This document shows, piece after piece, positions 43,001-57,799 of a stretch of 64,000 bases of DNA. A model generated the notes under the pieces. The model was not told the DNA's origin, did no database searches, and worked only from the letters and a program-made list of their open reading frames with translations. The stretch's first letter is position 1. Each line of letters starts with the position of its first letter. Source of the stretch: the human T2T-CHM13v2.0 reference genome, Homo sapiens; NCBI RefSeq assembly GCF_009914755.1, contig NC_060925.1, one strand, 5' to 3'. The position numbers and the translations under genes were made by a program.

Positions 43001-46000
43001 ACTCATCATCAAATGGATTCGAATGGAATCATCGAATAAAATTGATTGAAATCATCATCGAATGGAATCGAATGGTATCATTGAATGGAATCGAATGGAA
43101 TCATCATCAGATGGAAATGAATGGAATCGTCATAGAATGGAATCGAATGGATTCATTGAATGGAATCAGATGGAATCATTGAATGGACTGGAATGGAATC
43201 ATTGAATGGACTCGAAAGGGATCATTATTGAATGGAATTGAATGGAATCATCGAATGGTCTCGATAGGAATCATTATCAAATGGAATCGAATGGAATCAC
43301 CGAATAGAATCGAATGGAACAATCATCGAATGGACTCAAATTGAATTATCCTCTAATGGAATCGAATGGAATTATCGAATGCAATCGAATGGAATTATCG
43401 AATGCAATCGAATAGAATCATCGAATGGACTCGAATGGAATCATCGAATGGAATGGAATGGAACAGTCAATGAACTCGAATGGAATCATCATTGAATGGA
43501 ATCGAATGGAATCATCGAGTGGAATCGAAAGGAATTATGACCAAATGGAATCGAATGTAATCATCATCAAATGGAATCAAAAATAACCATCATCAATTGG
43601 TATTGAATGGAATTGTCATCAAATGGAATTCAAAGGAATCATCATCAAATGGAACCGAATGGAATCCTCATTGAATGGAAATGAAAGGGGTCATCATCTA
43701 ATGGAATCGCATGGAATCATCATCAAATGGAATCGAATGGAATCATCATCAAATGGAATCTAATGGAAACATTGAAAAGAATTGAATGGAATCGTCATCG
43801 AATGAATTGAATGCAATCATCGAATGGTCTCGAATGGAATCATCTTCTAATGGAAAGGAATGGAATCATCGCATAGAATCGAATGGAATTATCATCGAAT
43901 GGAATCGAATGGTATCAACACCAAACGGAAAAAAACGGAATTATCGAATGGAATCGAAGAGAATCTTCGAACGGACCCGAATGGAATTATCTAATGGAAT
44001 GGAATGGAATAATCCATGGACTCGAATGCAATCATCATCGAATGGAATCGAATGGAATCATCGAATGGACTCGAATGGAATAATCATTGAACGGAATCGA
44101 ATGGAATCATCATCGGATGGAAACGAATGGAATCATCATCGAATGGAAGTGAAAGGAGTCATCATCTAATGGAATTGCATGGAATCATCATCAAATGGAA
44201 TCGAATGGAATCAACATCAAATGGAATCAAATGGAATCATTGAACGGAATTGAATGGAATCGTCATCGAATGAATTGAATGCAATCATCGAATGGTCTCG
44301 AATGGAATCATCTTCAAATGGAATGGAATGGAATCATCGCATAGAATCGAATGGAATTATCATCGAATGGAATCGAATGGAATCAACATCAAACGGAAAA
44401 AAACGGAATTATCGAATGGAATTGAAGAGAATCATCGAATGGACCCGAATGGAATCATCTAATGGAATGGAATGGAATAATCCATGGACTCGAATGCAAT
44501 CACCATCGAATGGAATCGAATGGAATCATCGAATGGACTCGAATGGAATAATCATTGAACGGAATCGAATGGAATCGTCATCGGATGGAAATGAATGGAA
44601 TCATCATCGAATGGAATCGAATAAAATTATGGAATGAAATCCAGTGTGATCATCATCGAATGGACCCGAATGGAATCATCATCCAACGGAAGCTAATGGA
44701 ATCAACATCGAATGAATCGAATGGAAACACCATCGAATTGAAACGAATGGAATTACCATGAAATTGAAATGGATGGACTCATCATCGAATGGATTCGAAT
44801 GGAATCATCGAATAAAATTGATTGAAATCATCATCGAATGGTATCGAATGGTATCATTGAATGGAATCGAATGGAATCATCCTCAGATGGAAATGAATGG
44901 AATCGTCATAGAATGGAATCGAATGGATTCATTCAATGGAATCAGATGGAATCATCGAATGGACTGGAATGGAATCATTGAATGGACTCGAAAGGGATCA
45001 TTATTGAATGGAATTGAATGGAATCATCGAATGGTCCCGATTGGAATCATTATCAAATGGAATCGAATGGAATCACCGAATAGAATCGAATGGAACAATC
45101 ATCGAATGGACTCAAATGGAATTATCCTCAAATGGAATCGAATGGAATTATCCAATGCAATCGAATGGAATTATCGAATGCAATCGAATAGAATCATCGA
45201 ATGGACTCGAATGGAATCATCGAATGGAATGGAATGGAACAGTCAATGAACTCGAATGGAATCATCATTGAATGGAATCGAATGGAATCATCGAGTGGAA
45301 TCGAATGGAATTATGATCAAATGGAATCGAATGTAATCATCATCAAATGGAATCAAAAATAACCATCATCAATTGGTATTGAATGGAATTCTCATCAAAT
45401 GGAATTCAAAGGAATCATCATCAAATGGAACTGAATGGAATCCTCATTGAATGGAAATGAAAGGGGTCATCATCTAATGGAATCGCATGGAATCATCATC
45501 AAATGGAATCGAATGGAATCATCATCAAATGGAATCTGATGGAATCATTGAACAGAATTGAATGGAATCGTCATCGAATGAATTGAATGCAATCATCGAA
45601 TGGTCTCGAATGTAATCACATTCTAATGGAAAGGAATGGAATCATCGCATAGAATCGAATGGAATTAACATTGAATGGACTCGAATGGAATCTACATCAA
45701 ACGGAATCAAGCGGAATTATCGAATGGAATCGAAGAGAATCATCGAATGGTCTCGAATGGAATCATCTTCTAATGGAAAGGAATGGAATCATCTCATAGA
45801 ATCGAATGGAATTAACATTGAATGGACTCGAGTGGAATCAACATCAAATGGAATCAAGCGGAATTATCAAATGAAATCGAAGAGAATCATCGAATGGACT
45901 CGAATGGAATCATCTAATGGAATGGAATGGAATAATCCACGGACTCGAATGCAATCATCATCGTATAGAATCGAATGGAATCATCGAAAGGACTCGAATG

Positions 46001-46680
46001 GAATAACCATTGAACGGAATCGAATGGAATCATCATCGGATGGAAACGAATGGAATCATCATCGAATGGAAATGAAAGGAGTCATCATCTAATGGAATTG
46101 CATGGAATCATCATAAAATGGAATCGAATGGAATCATCATCAAATGGAATCAAATGGAATCATTGAACGGAATTGAATGGAATCGTCATCGAATGAATTG
46201 AATGCAATCATCGAATGGTCTCGAATGGAATCATCTTCAAATGGAATGGAATGGAATCATCGCATAGAGCCGAATGGAATTATCATCGAATGGAATCGAA
46301 TGGTATCAACATCAAACGGAAAAAAACGGAATTATCGAATGGAATCGAAGAGAATCTTCGAAAGGACCCGAATGGAATCATCTAATGGAATGGAATGGAA
46401 TAATCTATGGACTCGAATGCAATCATCATCGAATGGAATCGAATGGAATCATTGAATGGACTCGAATGGAATAATCATTGAACGGAATCGAATGGAATCA
46501 TCATCGGATGGAAATGAATGGAATCATCATCGAATGGAATCGAATAGAATTATGGAATGAAATCCAGTGTGATCATCATCGAATGGACACGAATGGAATC
46601 ATCATCCAACGGAAGCTAATGGAATCAACATCGAATGAATCGAAAGGAAACACCATCGAATTGAAACGAATGGAATTATC

Positions 46681-48898
46681 ATGAAATTGAAATGGATGGA
46701 CTCATCATCGAATGGATTCGAATGGAATCATCGAATAAAATTGATTGAAATCATCATCAAATGGAATCGAATGGTATCATTGAATGGAATCGAATGGAAT
46801 CATCATCAGATGGAAATGAATGGAATCGTCATAGAATGGAATCGAATGGATTCATTGAATGGAATCAGATGGAATCATCGAATGGACTGGAATGGAATCA
46901 TTGAATGGACTCGAAAGGGATCATGATTGAATGGAATTGAATGGAATCATCGAATGGTCTCGATTGGAATCATTATCAAATGGAATCGAATGGAATCACC
47001 GAATAGAATCGAATGGAACAATCATCGAATGGACTCAAATGGAATTATCCTCCAATGGAATCGAATGGAATTATCGAATGCAATCGAATGGAATTATCGA
47101 ATGCAATCGAATAGAATCATCGAATGGACTCGAATGGAATCATCGAATGGAATGGAATGGAACAGTCAATGAACTCGAATGGAATCATCATTGAATGGAA
47201 TCGAATGGAATCATCGAGTGGAATCGAATGGAATTATGATCAAATGGAATCGAATGTAATCATCATCAAATGGAATCAAAAATAACCATCATCAATTGGT
47301 ATTGAATGGAATTGTCATCAAATGGAATTCAAAGGAATCATCATCAAATGGAACCGAATGGAATCCTCATTGAATGGAAATGAAAGGGGTCATCATCTAA
47401 TGGAATCGCATGGAATCATCATCAAATGGAATCGAATGGAATCATCATCAAATGGAATCTAATGGAATCATTGAAAAGAATTGAATGGAATCATCATCGA
47501 ATGAATTGAATGCAATCATCGAATGGTCTCGAATGGAATCATCTTCTAATGGAAAGGAATGGAATCATCGCATAGAATCGAATGGAATTATCATCGAATG
47601 GAATCGAATGGTATCAACACCAAACGGAAAAAAGCGGAATTATCGAATGGAATCGAAGAGAATCATCGAACGGACCCGAATGGAATCATCTAATGGAATG
47701 GAATGGAATAATCCATGGACTCGAATGCAATCATCATCGAATGGAATCGAATGGAATCATCGAATGGACTCGAATGGAATAATCATTGAACGGAATCGAA
47801 TGGAATCATCATCGGATGGAAACGAATGGAATCATCATCGAATGGAAATGAAAGGAGTCATCATCTAATGGAATTGCATGGAATCATCATAAAATGGAAT
47901 CGAATGGAATCAACATCAAATGGAATCAAATGGAATCATTGAACGGAATTGAATGGAATCGTCATCGACTGAATTGAATGCAATCATCGAATGGTCTCGA
48001 ATGGAATCATCTTCAAATGGAATGGAATGGAATCATCGCATAGAATCGAATGGAATTATCATCGAATGGAATCGAATGGAATCAACATCAAACGGAAAAA
48101 AACGGAATTATCGAATGGAATCGAAGAGAATCATCGAATGGACCCGAATGGAATCATCTAATGGAATGGAATGGAATAATCCATGGACTCGAATGCAATC
48201 ATCATCGAATGGAATCGAATGGAATCATCGAATGGACTCGAATGGAATAATCATTGAACGGAATCGAATGGAATCATCATCGGATGGAAATGAAAGGAGT
48301 CATCATCTAATGGAATTGCATGGAATCATCATAAAATGGAATCGAATGGAATCAACATCAAATTGAATCAAATGGAATCATTGAACGGAATTGAATGGAA
48401 TCGTCATCGAATGAATTGAATGCAATCATCGAATGGTCTCGAATGGAATCATCTTCAAATGGAATGGAATGGAATCATCGCATAGAATCGAATGGAATTA
48501 TCATCGAATGGAATCGAATGGAATCAACATCAAACGGAAAAAAACGGAATTATCGAATGGAATCGAAGAGAATCATCGAATGGACCCGAATGGAATCATC
48601 TAATGGAATGGAATGGAATAATCCATGGACTCGAATGCAATCATCATCGAATGGAATCGAATGGAATCATCGAATGGACTCGAATGGAATAATCATTGAA
48701 CGGAATCGAATGGAATCGTCATCGGATGGAAATGAATGGAATCATCATCGAATGGAATCGAATAGAATTATGGAATGAAATCCAGTGTGATCATCATCGA
48801 ATGGACCCGAATGGAATCATCATCCAACGGAAGCTAATGGAATCAACATCGAATGAATCGAATGGAAACACCATCGAATTGAAACGAATGGAATTACC
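46681..48898 (+). repeat. 2218-bp unit with three 468-type modules, one 26 bp short
   Basis: Module starts at 47485, 47953 and 48395 (spacings 468 and 442). Confidence 0.88.
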
Positions 48899-51372
48899 AT
48901 GAAATTGAAATGGATGGACTCATCATCGAATGGATTCGAATGGAATCATCGAATAAAATTGATTGAAATCATCATCGAATGGTATCGAATGGTATCATTG
49001 AATGGAATCGAATGGAATCATCCTCAGATGGAAATGAATGGAATTGTCATAGAATGGAATCGAATGGATTCATTGAATGGAATCAGATGGAATCATCGAA
49101 TGGACTGGAATGGAATCATTGAATGGACTCGAAAGGGATCATTATTGAATGGAATTGAATGGAATCATCGAATGGTCTCGATTGGAATCATTATCAAATG
49201 GAATCGAATGGAATCACCGAATAGAATCGAATGGAACAATCATCGAATGGACTCAAATGGAATTATCCTCAAATGGAATGGAATGGAATTATCGAATGCA
49301 ATCGAATGGAATTATCGAATGCAATCGAATAGAATCATCGAATGGACTCGAATGGAATCATCGAATGGAATGGAATGGAACAGTCAATGAACTCGAATGG
49401 AATCATCATTGAATGGAATCGAATGGAATCATCGAGTGGAATCGAATGGAATTATGATCAAATGGAATCGAATGTAATCATCATCAAATGGAATCAAAAA
49501 TAACCATCATCAATTGGTATTGAATGGAATTCTCATCAAATGGAATTCAAAGGAATCATCATCAAATGGAACTGAATGGAATCCTCATTGAATGGAAATG
49601 AAAGGGGTCATCATCTAATGGAATCGCATGGAATCATCATCAAATGGAATCGAATGGAATCACCATCAAATGGAATCTGATGGAATCATTGAACAGAATT
49701 GAATGGAATCGTCATCGAATGAATTGAATGCAATCATCTCATGGTCTCGAATGTAATCACATTCTAATGGAAAGGAATGGAATCATCGCATAGAATCGAA
49801 TGGAATTAACATTGAATGGACTCGAATGGTATCAACATCAAACGGAAAAAAACGGAATTATGGAATGGAATCGAAGAGAATCTTCGAACGGACCCGAATG
49901 GAATCATCTAATGGAATGGAATGGAATAATCCATGGACTCGAATGCAATCATCATCGAATGGAATCGAATGGAATCATCGAATGGACTCGTATGGAATAA
50001 TCATTGAATGGAATCGAATGGAATCATCTTCGGATGGAAACGAATGGAATCATCATCGAATGGAAATCAAAGGAGTCATCATCTAATGGAATTGCATGGA
50101 ATCATCATAAAATGGAATCGAATGGAATCAACATCAAATGGAATCAAATGGAATCATTGAACGGAATTGAATGGAATCGTCATCGAATGAATTCAATGCA
50201 ATCATCGAATGGTCTCGAATGGAATCATCTTCAAATGGAATGGAATGGAATCATCGCATAGAATCGAGTGGAATTATCATCGAATGGAGTCGAATGGAAT
50301 CAACATCAAACGGAAAAAAACGGAATTATCGAATGGAATCGAAGAGAATCTTCGAACGGACCCGAATGGAATCACCTAATGGAATGGAATGGAATAATCC
50401 ATGGACTCGAATGCAATCATCATCGAATGGAATCGAATGGAATCATCAAATGGACTCGAATGGAATAATCATTCAACGGAATCGAATGGAATCATCATCG
50501 GATGGAAATGAATTGAATCATCATCCAACGGAAGCTAATGGAATCAACATCGAATGTATCGAATGGAAACACCATCGAATTGAAACGAATGGAATTATCA
50601 TGAAATTGAAATGGATGGACTCATCATCGAATGGATTCGAATGGAATCATCGAATAAAATTGATTGAAATCATCATCGAATGGAATCGAATGGTATCATT
50701 GAATGGAATCGAATGGAATCATCATCAGATGGAAATGAATGGAATCGTCATAGAATGGAATCGAATGGATTCATTGAATGGAATCAGATGGAATCATCGA
50801 ATGGACTAGAATGGAATCATTGAATGGACTCGAAAGGGATCATTATTGAATGGAATTGAATGGAATCATCGAATGGTCTCGATTGGAATCATTACCAAAT
50901 GGAATCGAATGGAATCACCGAATAGAATCGAATGGAACAATCATCGAATCGACTCAAATGGAATCATCCTCAAATGGAATGGAATGGAATTATCGAATGC
51001 AATCGAATAGAATCATCGAATGGACTCGAATGGAATCATCGAATGGAATGGAATGGAACAGTCAATGAACTCGAATGGAATCATCATTGAATGGAATCGA
51101 ATGGAATCATCGAGTGGAATCGAATGGAACTATGATCAAATGGAATCGAATGTAATCATCATCAAATGGAATCAAAAATAACCATCATCAATTGGTATTG
51201 AATGGAATTGTCATCAAATGGAATTCAAAGGAATCATCATCAAATGGAACAGAATGGAATCCTCATTGAATGGAAATGAAAGGGGTCATCATCTAATGGA
51301 CTCGCATGGAATCATCATCAAATGGAATCGAATGGAATCATCATCAAATGGAATCTGATGGAATCATTGACC

Positions 51373-54300
51373 GGAATTGAATGGAATCGTCATCGAATGA
51401 ATTGAATGCAATCATCGAATGGTCTCGAATGGAATCATCTTCTAATGGAAAGGAATGGAATCATCGCATAGAATCGAATGGAATTAACATTGAATGGACT
51501 CGAATGGAATCAACATCAAACGGAATCAAGCGGAATTATCGAATGGAATCGAAGAGAATCATCTAATGGACTCGAATGGAATAATCTAATGGAATTGAAT
51601 GGAATAATCCACGGACTCGAATGCAATCATCATCGTATAGAATCGAATGGAATCATCAAATGGACTCGAATGGAATAATCATTGAACGGAATCGAATGGA
51701 ATCATCATCGGATGGAAACGAATGGAATCATCATCGAATGGAAATGAAAGGAGTCATCATCTAATGGAATTTCATGGAATCATCATCAAATGGAATCGAA
51801 TGGAATCAACATCAAATGGAATCAAATGGAATCATTGAACGGAATTGAATGGAATCGTCATCGAATGAATGAATGCAATCATCGAATGGTCTCGAATGGA
51901 ATCATCTTCAAATGGAATGGAATGGAATCATCGCATAGAATCGAATGGAATTATCATCGAATGGAATCGAATGGTATCAACATCAAACGGAAAATAACGG
52001 AATTATCGAATGGAATCGAAGAGAATCATCGAACGGACCCGAATGGAATCATCTAATGGAATAGAATGGAATAATCCACGGACTCGAATGCAATCATCGT
52101 CGAATGGAATCGAATAGAATCATCGAATGGACTCGAATGGAATAATCATTGAACAGAATAGAATGGAATCATCATCGGATGGAAACGAATGGAATCATCA
52201 TCGAATGGAATCGAATAGAATTATGGAATGAAATCCAGTGTGATCATCATCGAATGGACCCGAATGGAATCATCATCCAACGGAAGCTAATGGAATCAAC
52301 ATCGAATGAATCAAATGGAAACACCATCGAATTGAAACGAATGGAATTACCATGAAATTGAAATGGATGGACTCATCATCAAATGGATTCGAATGGAATC
52401 ATCGAATAAAATTGATTGAAATCATCATCGAATGGAATCGAATGGTATCATTGAATGGAATCGAATGGAATCATCATCAGATGGAAATGAATGGAATCGT
52501 CATAGAATGGAATCGAATGGATTCATTGAATGGAATCAGATGGAATCATCGAATGGACTGGAATGGAATCATTGAATGGACTCGAAAGGGATCATTATTG
52601 AATGGAATTGAATGGAATCATCGAATGGTCTCGATTGGAATCATTATCAAATGGAATCGAATGGAATCACCGAATAGAATCGAATGGAACAATCATCGAA
52701 TGGACTCAAATGGAATTATCCTCCAATGGAATGGAATGGAATTATCGAATGCAATCGAATGGAATTATCGAATGCAATCGAATAGAATCATCGAATGGAC
52801 TCGAATGGAATCATCGAATGGAATGGAATGGAACAGTCAATGAACTCGAATGGAATCATCATTGAATGGAATCGAATGGAATCATCGAGTGGAATCGAAT
52901 GGAATTATGATCAAATGGAATCGAATGTAATCATCATCAAATGGAATCAAAAATAACCATCATCAATTGGTATTGAATGGAATTGTCATCAAATGGAATT
53001 CAAAGGAATCATCATCAAATGGAACCGAATGGAATCCTCATTGAATGGAAATGAAAGGGGTCATCATCTAATGGAATCGCATGGAATCATCATCAAATGG
53101 AATCGAATGGAATCATCATCAAATGGAATCTAATGGAATCATTGAACAGAATTGAATGGAATCGTCATCGAATGAATTGAATGCAATCATCGAATGGTCT
53201 CGAATGGAATCATCTTCTAATGGAAAGGAATGGAATCATCGCATAGAATCGAATGGAATTATCATCGAATGGAATCGAATGGTATCAACACCAAACGGAA
53301 AAAAACGGAATTATCGAATGGAATCGAAGAGAATCTTCGAACGGACCCGAATGGAATCATCTAATGGAATGGAATGGAATAATCCATGGACTCGAATGCA
53401 ATCATCATCGAATGGAATCGAATGGAATCATCGAATGGACTCGAATGGAATAATCATTGAACGGAATCGCATGGAATCATCATCGGATGGAATCGAATGG
53501 AATCATCATCGAATGGAAATGAAAGGAGTCATCATCTAATGGAATTGCATGGAATCATCATAAAATGGAATCGAATGGAATCAACATCAAATGGAATCAA
53601 ATGGATTCATTGAACGGAATTGAATGGAATCGTCATCGAATGAATTGAATGCAATCATCGAATGGTCTCGAATGGAATCATCTTCAAATGGAATGAAATG
53701 GAATCATCGCATAGAATCGAATGGAATTATCATCGAATGGAATCGAATGGAATCAACATCAAACGGAAAAAAACGGAATTATCGAATGGAATCGAAGAGA
53801 ATCATCGAATGGACCCAAATGGAATCATCTAATGGAATGGCATGGAATAATCCATGGACACGAATGCAATCATCATCGAATGGAATCGAATGGAATCATC
53901 GAATGGACTCGAATGGAATAATCATTGAACGGAATCGAATGGAATCATCATCGGATGGAAACGAATGGAATCATCATCGAATGGAAATGAAAGGAGTCAT
54001 CATCTCATGGAATTGCATGGAATCATCATCAAATGGAATCGAATGGAATCAACATCAAATGGAATCAAATGGAATCATTGAACGGAATTGAATGGAATCG
54101 TCATCGAATGAATTGAATGCAATCATCGAATAGTCTCGAATGCAATCATCTTCAAATGGAATGGAATGGAATCATCGCATAGAATCGAATGGAATTATCA
54201 TCAAATGGAATCGAATGGTATCAACATAAAACGGAAAAAAACGGAATTATCGAATGGAATCGAAGAGAATCCTCGAACGGACCCGAATGGAATCATCTAA

Positions 54301-57300
54301 TGGAATGGAATGGAATAATCCATGGAGTCGAATGCAATCATCATCGAATGGAATCGAATGGAATCATCGAATGGACTCGAATGGAATAATCATTGAACGG
54401 AATCGAATGGAATCATCTTCGGATGGAAACGAATGGAATCATCATGGAATGGAAATAGGAGGAATCATCATCTAATGGAATTGCATGGAATCATCATAAA
54501 ATGGAATCGAATGGAATCAACATCAAATGGAATCAAATGTAATCCTTGAACGGAATTGAATGGAATCGTCATCGAATGAATTGAATGCAATCATCGAATG
54601 GTCTCGAATGGAATCATCTTCTAATGGAAAGGAATGGAATCATCGCATAGAATCGAATGGAATTAACATTGAATGGACTCGAATGGAATCAACATCAAAC
54701 GGAATCAAGCGGAATTATCGAATGGAATCGAAGAGAATCATCTAATGGACTCGAATGGAATAATCTAATGGAATTGAATGGAATAATCCACGGACTCGAA
54801 TGCAATCATCATCGTATAGAATCGAATGGAATCATCAAATGGACTCGAATGGAATAATCATTGAACGGAATCGAATGGAATCATCATCGGATGGAAACGA
54901 ATGGAATCATCATCGAATGGAAATGAAAGGAGTCATCATCTAATGGAATTTCATGGAATCATCATCAAATGGAATCGAATGGAATCAACATCAAATGGAA
55001 TCAAATGGAATCATTGAACGGAATTGAATGGAATCGTCATCGAATGAATGAATGCAATCATCGAATGGTCTCGAATGGAATCATCTTCAAATGGAATGGA
55101 ATGGAATCATCGCATAGAATCGAATGGAATTATCATCGAATGGAATCGAATGGTATCAACATCAAACGGAAAATAACGGAATTATCGAATGGAATCGAAG
55201 AGAATCATCGAACGGACCCGAATGGAATCATCTAATGGAATAGAATGGAATAATCCACGGACTCGAATGCAATCATCGTCGAATGGAATCGAATAGAATC
55301 ATCGAATGGACTCGAATGGAATAATCATTGAACAGAATAGAATGGAATCATCATCGGATGGAAACGAATGGAATCATCATCGAATGGAATCGAATAGAAT
55401 TATGGAATGAAATCCAGTGTGATCATCATCGAATGGACCCGAATGGAATCATCATCCAACGGAAGCTAATGGAATCAACATCGAATGAATCAAATGGAAA
55501 CACCATCGAATTGAAACGAATGGAATTACCATGAAATTGAAATGGATGGACTCATCATCAAATGGATTCGAATGGAATCATCGAATAAAATTGATTGAAA
55601 TCATCATCGAATGGAATCGAATGGTATCATTGAATGGAATCGAATGGAATCATCATCAGATGGAAATGAATGGAATCGTCATAGAATGGAATCGAATGGA
55701 TTCATTGAATGGAATCAGATGGAATCATCGAATGGACTGGAATGGAATCATTGAATGGACTCGAAAGGGATCATTATTGAATGGAATTGAATGGAATCAT
55801 CGAATGGTCTCGATTGGAATCATTATCAAATGGAATCGAATGGAATCACCGAATAGAATCGAATGGAACAATCATCGAATGGACTCAAATGGAATTATCC
55901 TCCAATGGAATGGAATGGAATTATCGAATGCAATCGAATGGAATTATCGAATGCAATCGAATAGAATCATCGAATGGACTCGAATGGAATCATCGAATGG
56001 AATGGAATGGAACAGTCAATGAACTCGAATGGAATCATCATTGAATGGAATCGAATGGAATCATCGAGTGGAATCGAATGGAATTATGATCAAATGGAAT
56101 CGAATGTAATCATCATCAAATGGAATCAAAAATAACCATCATCAATTGGTATTGAATGGAATTGTCATCAAATGGAATTCAAAGGAATCATCATCAAATG
56201 GAACCGAATGGAATCCTCATTGAATGGAAATGAAAGGGGTCATCATCTAATGGAATCGCATGGAATCATCATCAAATGGAATCGAATGGAATCATCATCA
56301 AATGGAATCTAATGGAATCATTGAACAGAATTGAATGGAATCGTCATCGAATGAATTGAATGCAATCATCGAATGGTCTCGAATGGAATCATCTTCTAAT
56401 GGAAAGGAATGGAATCATCGCATAGAATCGAATGGAATTATCATCGAATGGAATCGAATGGTATCAACACCAAACGGAAAAAAACGGAATTATCGAATGG
56501 AATCGAAGAGAATCTTCGAACGGACCCGAATGGAATCATCTAATGGAATGGAATGGAATAATCCATGGACTCGAATGCAATCATCATCGAATGGAATCGA
56601 ATGGAATCATCGAATGGACTCGAATGGAATAATCATTGAACGGAATCGCATGGAATCATCATCGGATGGAATCGAATGGAATCATCATCGAATGGAAATG
56701 AAAGGAGTCATCATCTAATGGAATTGCATGGAATCATCATAAAATGGAATCGAATGGAATCAACATCAAATGGAATCAAATGGATTCATTGAACGGAATT
56801 GAATGGAATCGTCATCGAATGAATTGAATGCAATCATCGAATGGTCTCGAATGGAATCATCTTCAAATGGAATGAAATGGAATCATCGCATAGAATCGAA
56901 TGGAATTATCATCGAATGGAATCGAATGGAATCAACATCAAACGGAAAAAAACGGAATTATCGAATGGAATCGAAGAGAATCATCGAATGGACCCAAATG
57001 GAATCATCTAATGGAATGGCATGGAATAATCCATGGACACGAATGCAATCATCATCGAATGGAATCGAATGGAATCATCGAATGGACTCGAATGGAATAA
57101 TCATTGAACGGAATCGAATGGAATCATCATCGGATGGAAACGAATGGAATCATCATCGAATGGAAATGAAAGGAGTCATCATCTCATGGAATTGCATGGA
57201 ATCATCATCAAATGGAATCGAATGGAATCAACATCAAATGGAATCAAATGGAATCATTGAACGGAATTGAATGGAATCGTCATCGAATGAATTGAATGCA

Positions 57301-57799
57301 ATCATCGAATAGTCTCGAATGCAATCATCTTCAAATGGAATGGAATGGAATCATCGCATAGAATCGAATGGAATTATCATCAAATGGAATCGAATGGTAT
57401 CAACATAAAACGGAAAAAAACGGAATTATCGAATGGAATCGAAGAGAATCCTCGAACGGACCCGAATGGAATCATCTAATGGAATGGAATGGAATAATCC
57501 ATGGAGTCGAATGCAATCATCATCGAATGGAATCGAATGGAATCATCGAATGGACTCGAATGGAATAATCATTGAACGGAATCGAATGGAATCATCTTCG
57601 GATGGAAACGAATGGAATCATCATGGAATGGAAATAGGAGGAATCATCATCTAATGGAATTGCATGGAATCATCATAAAATGGAATCGAATGGAATCAAC
57701 ATCAAATGGAATCAAATGTAATCCTTGAACGGAATTGAATGGAATCGTCATCGAATGAATTGAATGCAATCATCGAATGGTCTCGAATGGAATCATCTT
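51373..57799 (+). repeat. Near-identical tandem duplication with 3179-bp period, overlapping two five-module units
   Basis: Identical ORF pairs 51381/54560, 51790/54969, 52352/55531, 53624/56803 and 54254/57433. The rare variant AAATGTAATCCTTG occurs at ~54535 and ~57714. Confidence 0.9.

Larger units (their letters stand above)
1..43500 (+). repeat. Two-copy ~20-24 kb super-repeat (copy 1 ~1-20485, copy 2 ~20486-43500)
   Basis: Rare variants recur in the same order at offsets 20485, 21722, 23498, 23965, 20119 and 23180. Examples: 121/20606, 2869/23354, 5439/27161, 9891/33389, 10949/34914, 19294/39413, 19802/42982. Confidence 0.82.

Noticed and set aside
50171-50809. Longest ORF (212 aa)
   Set aside because: It results from a 75-bp deletion fusing two artefactual repeat ORFs.
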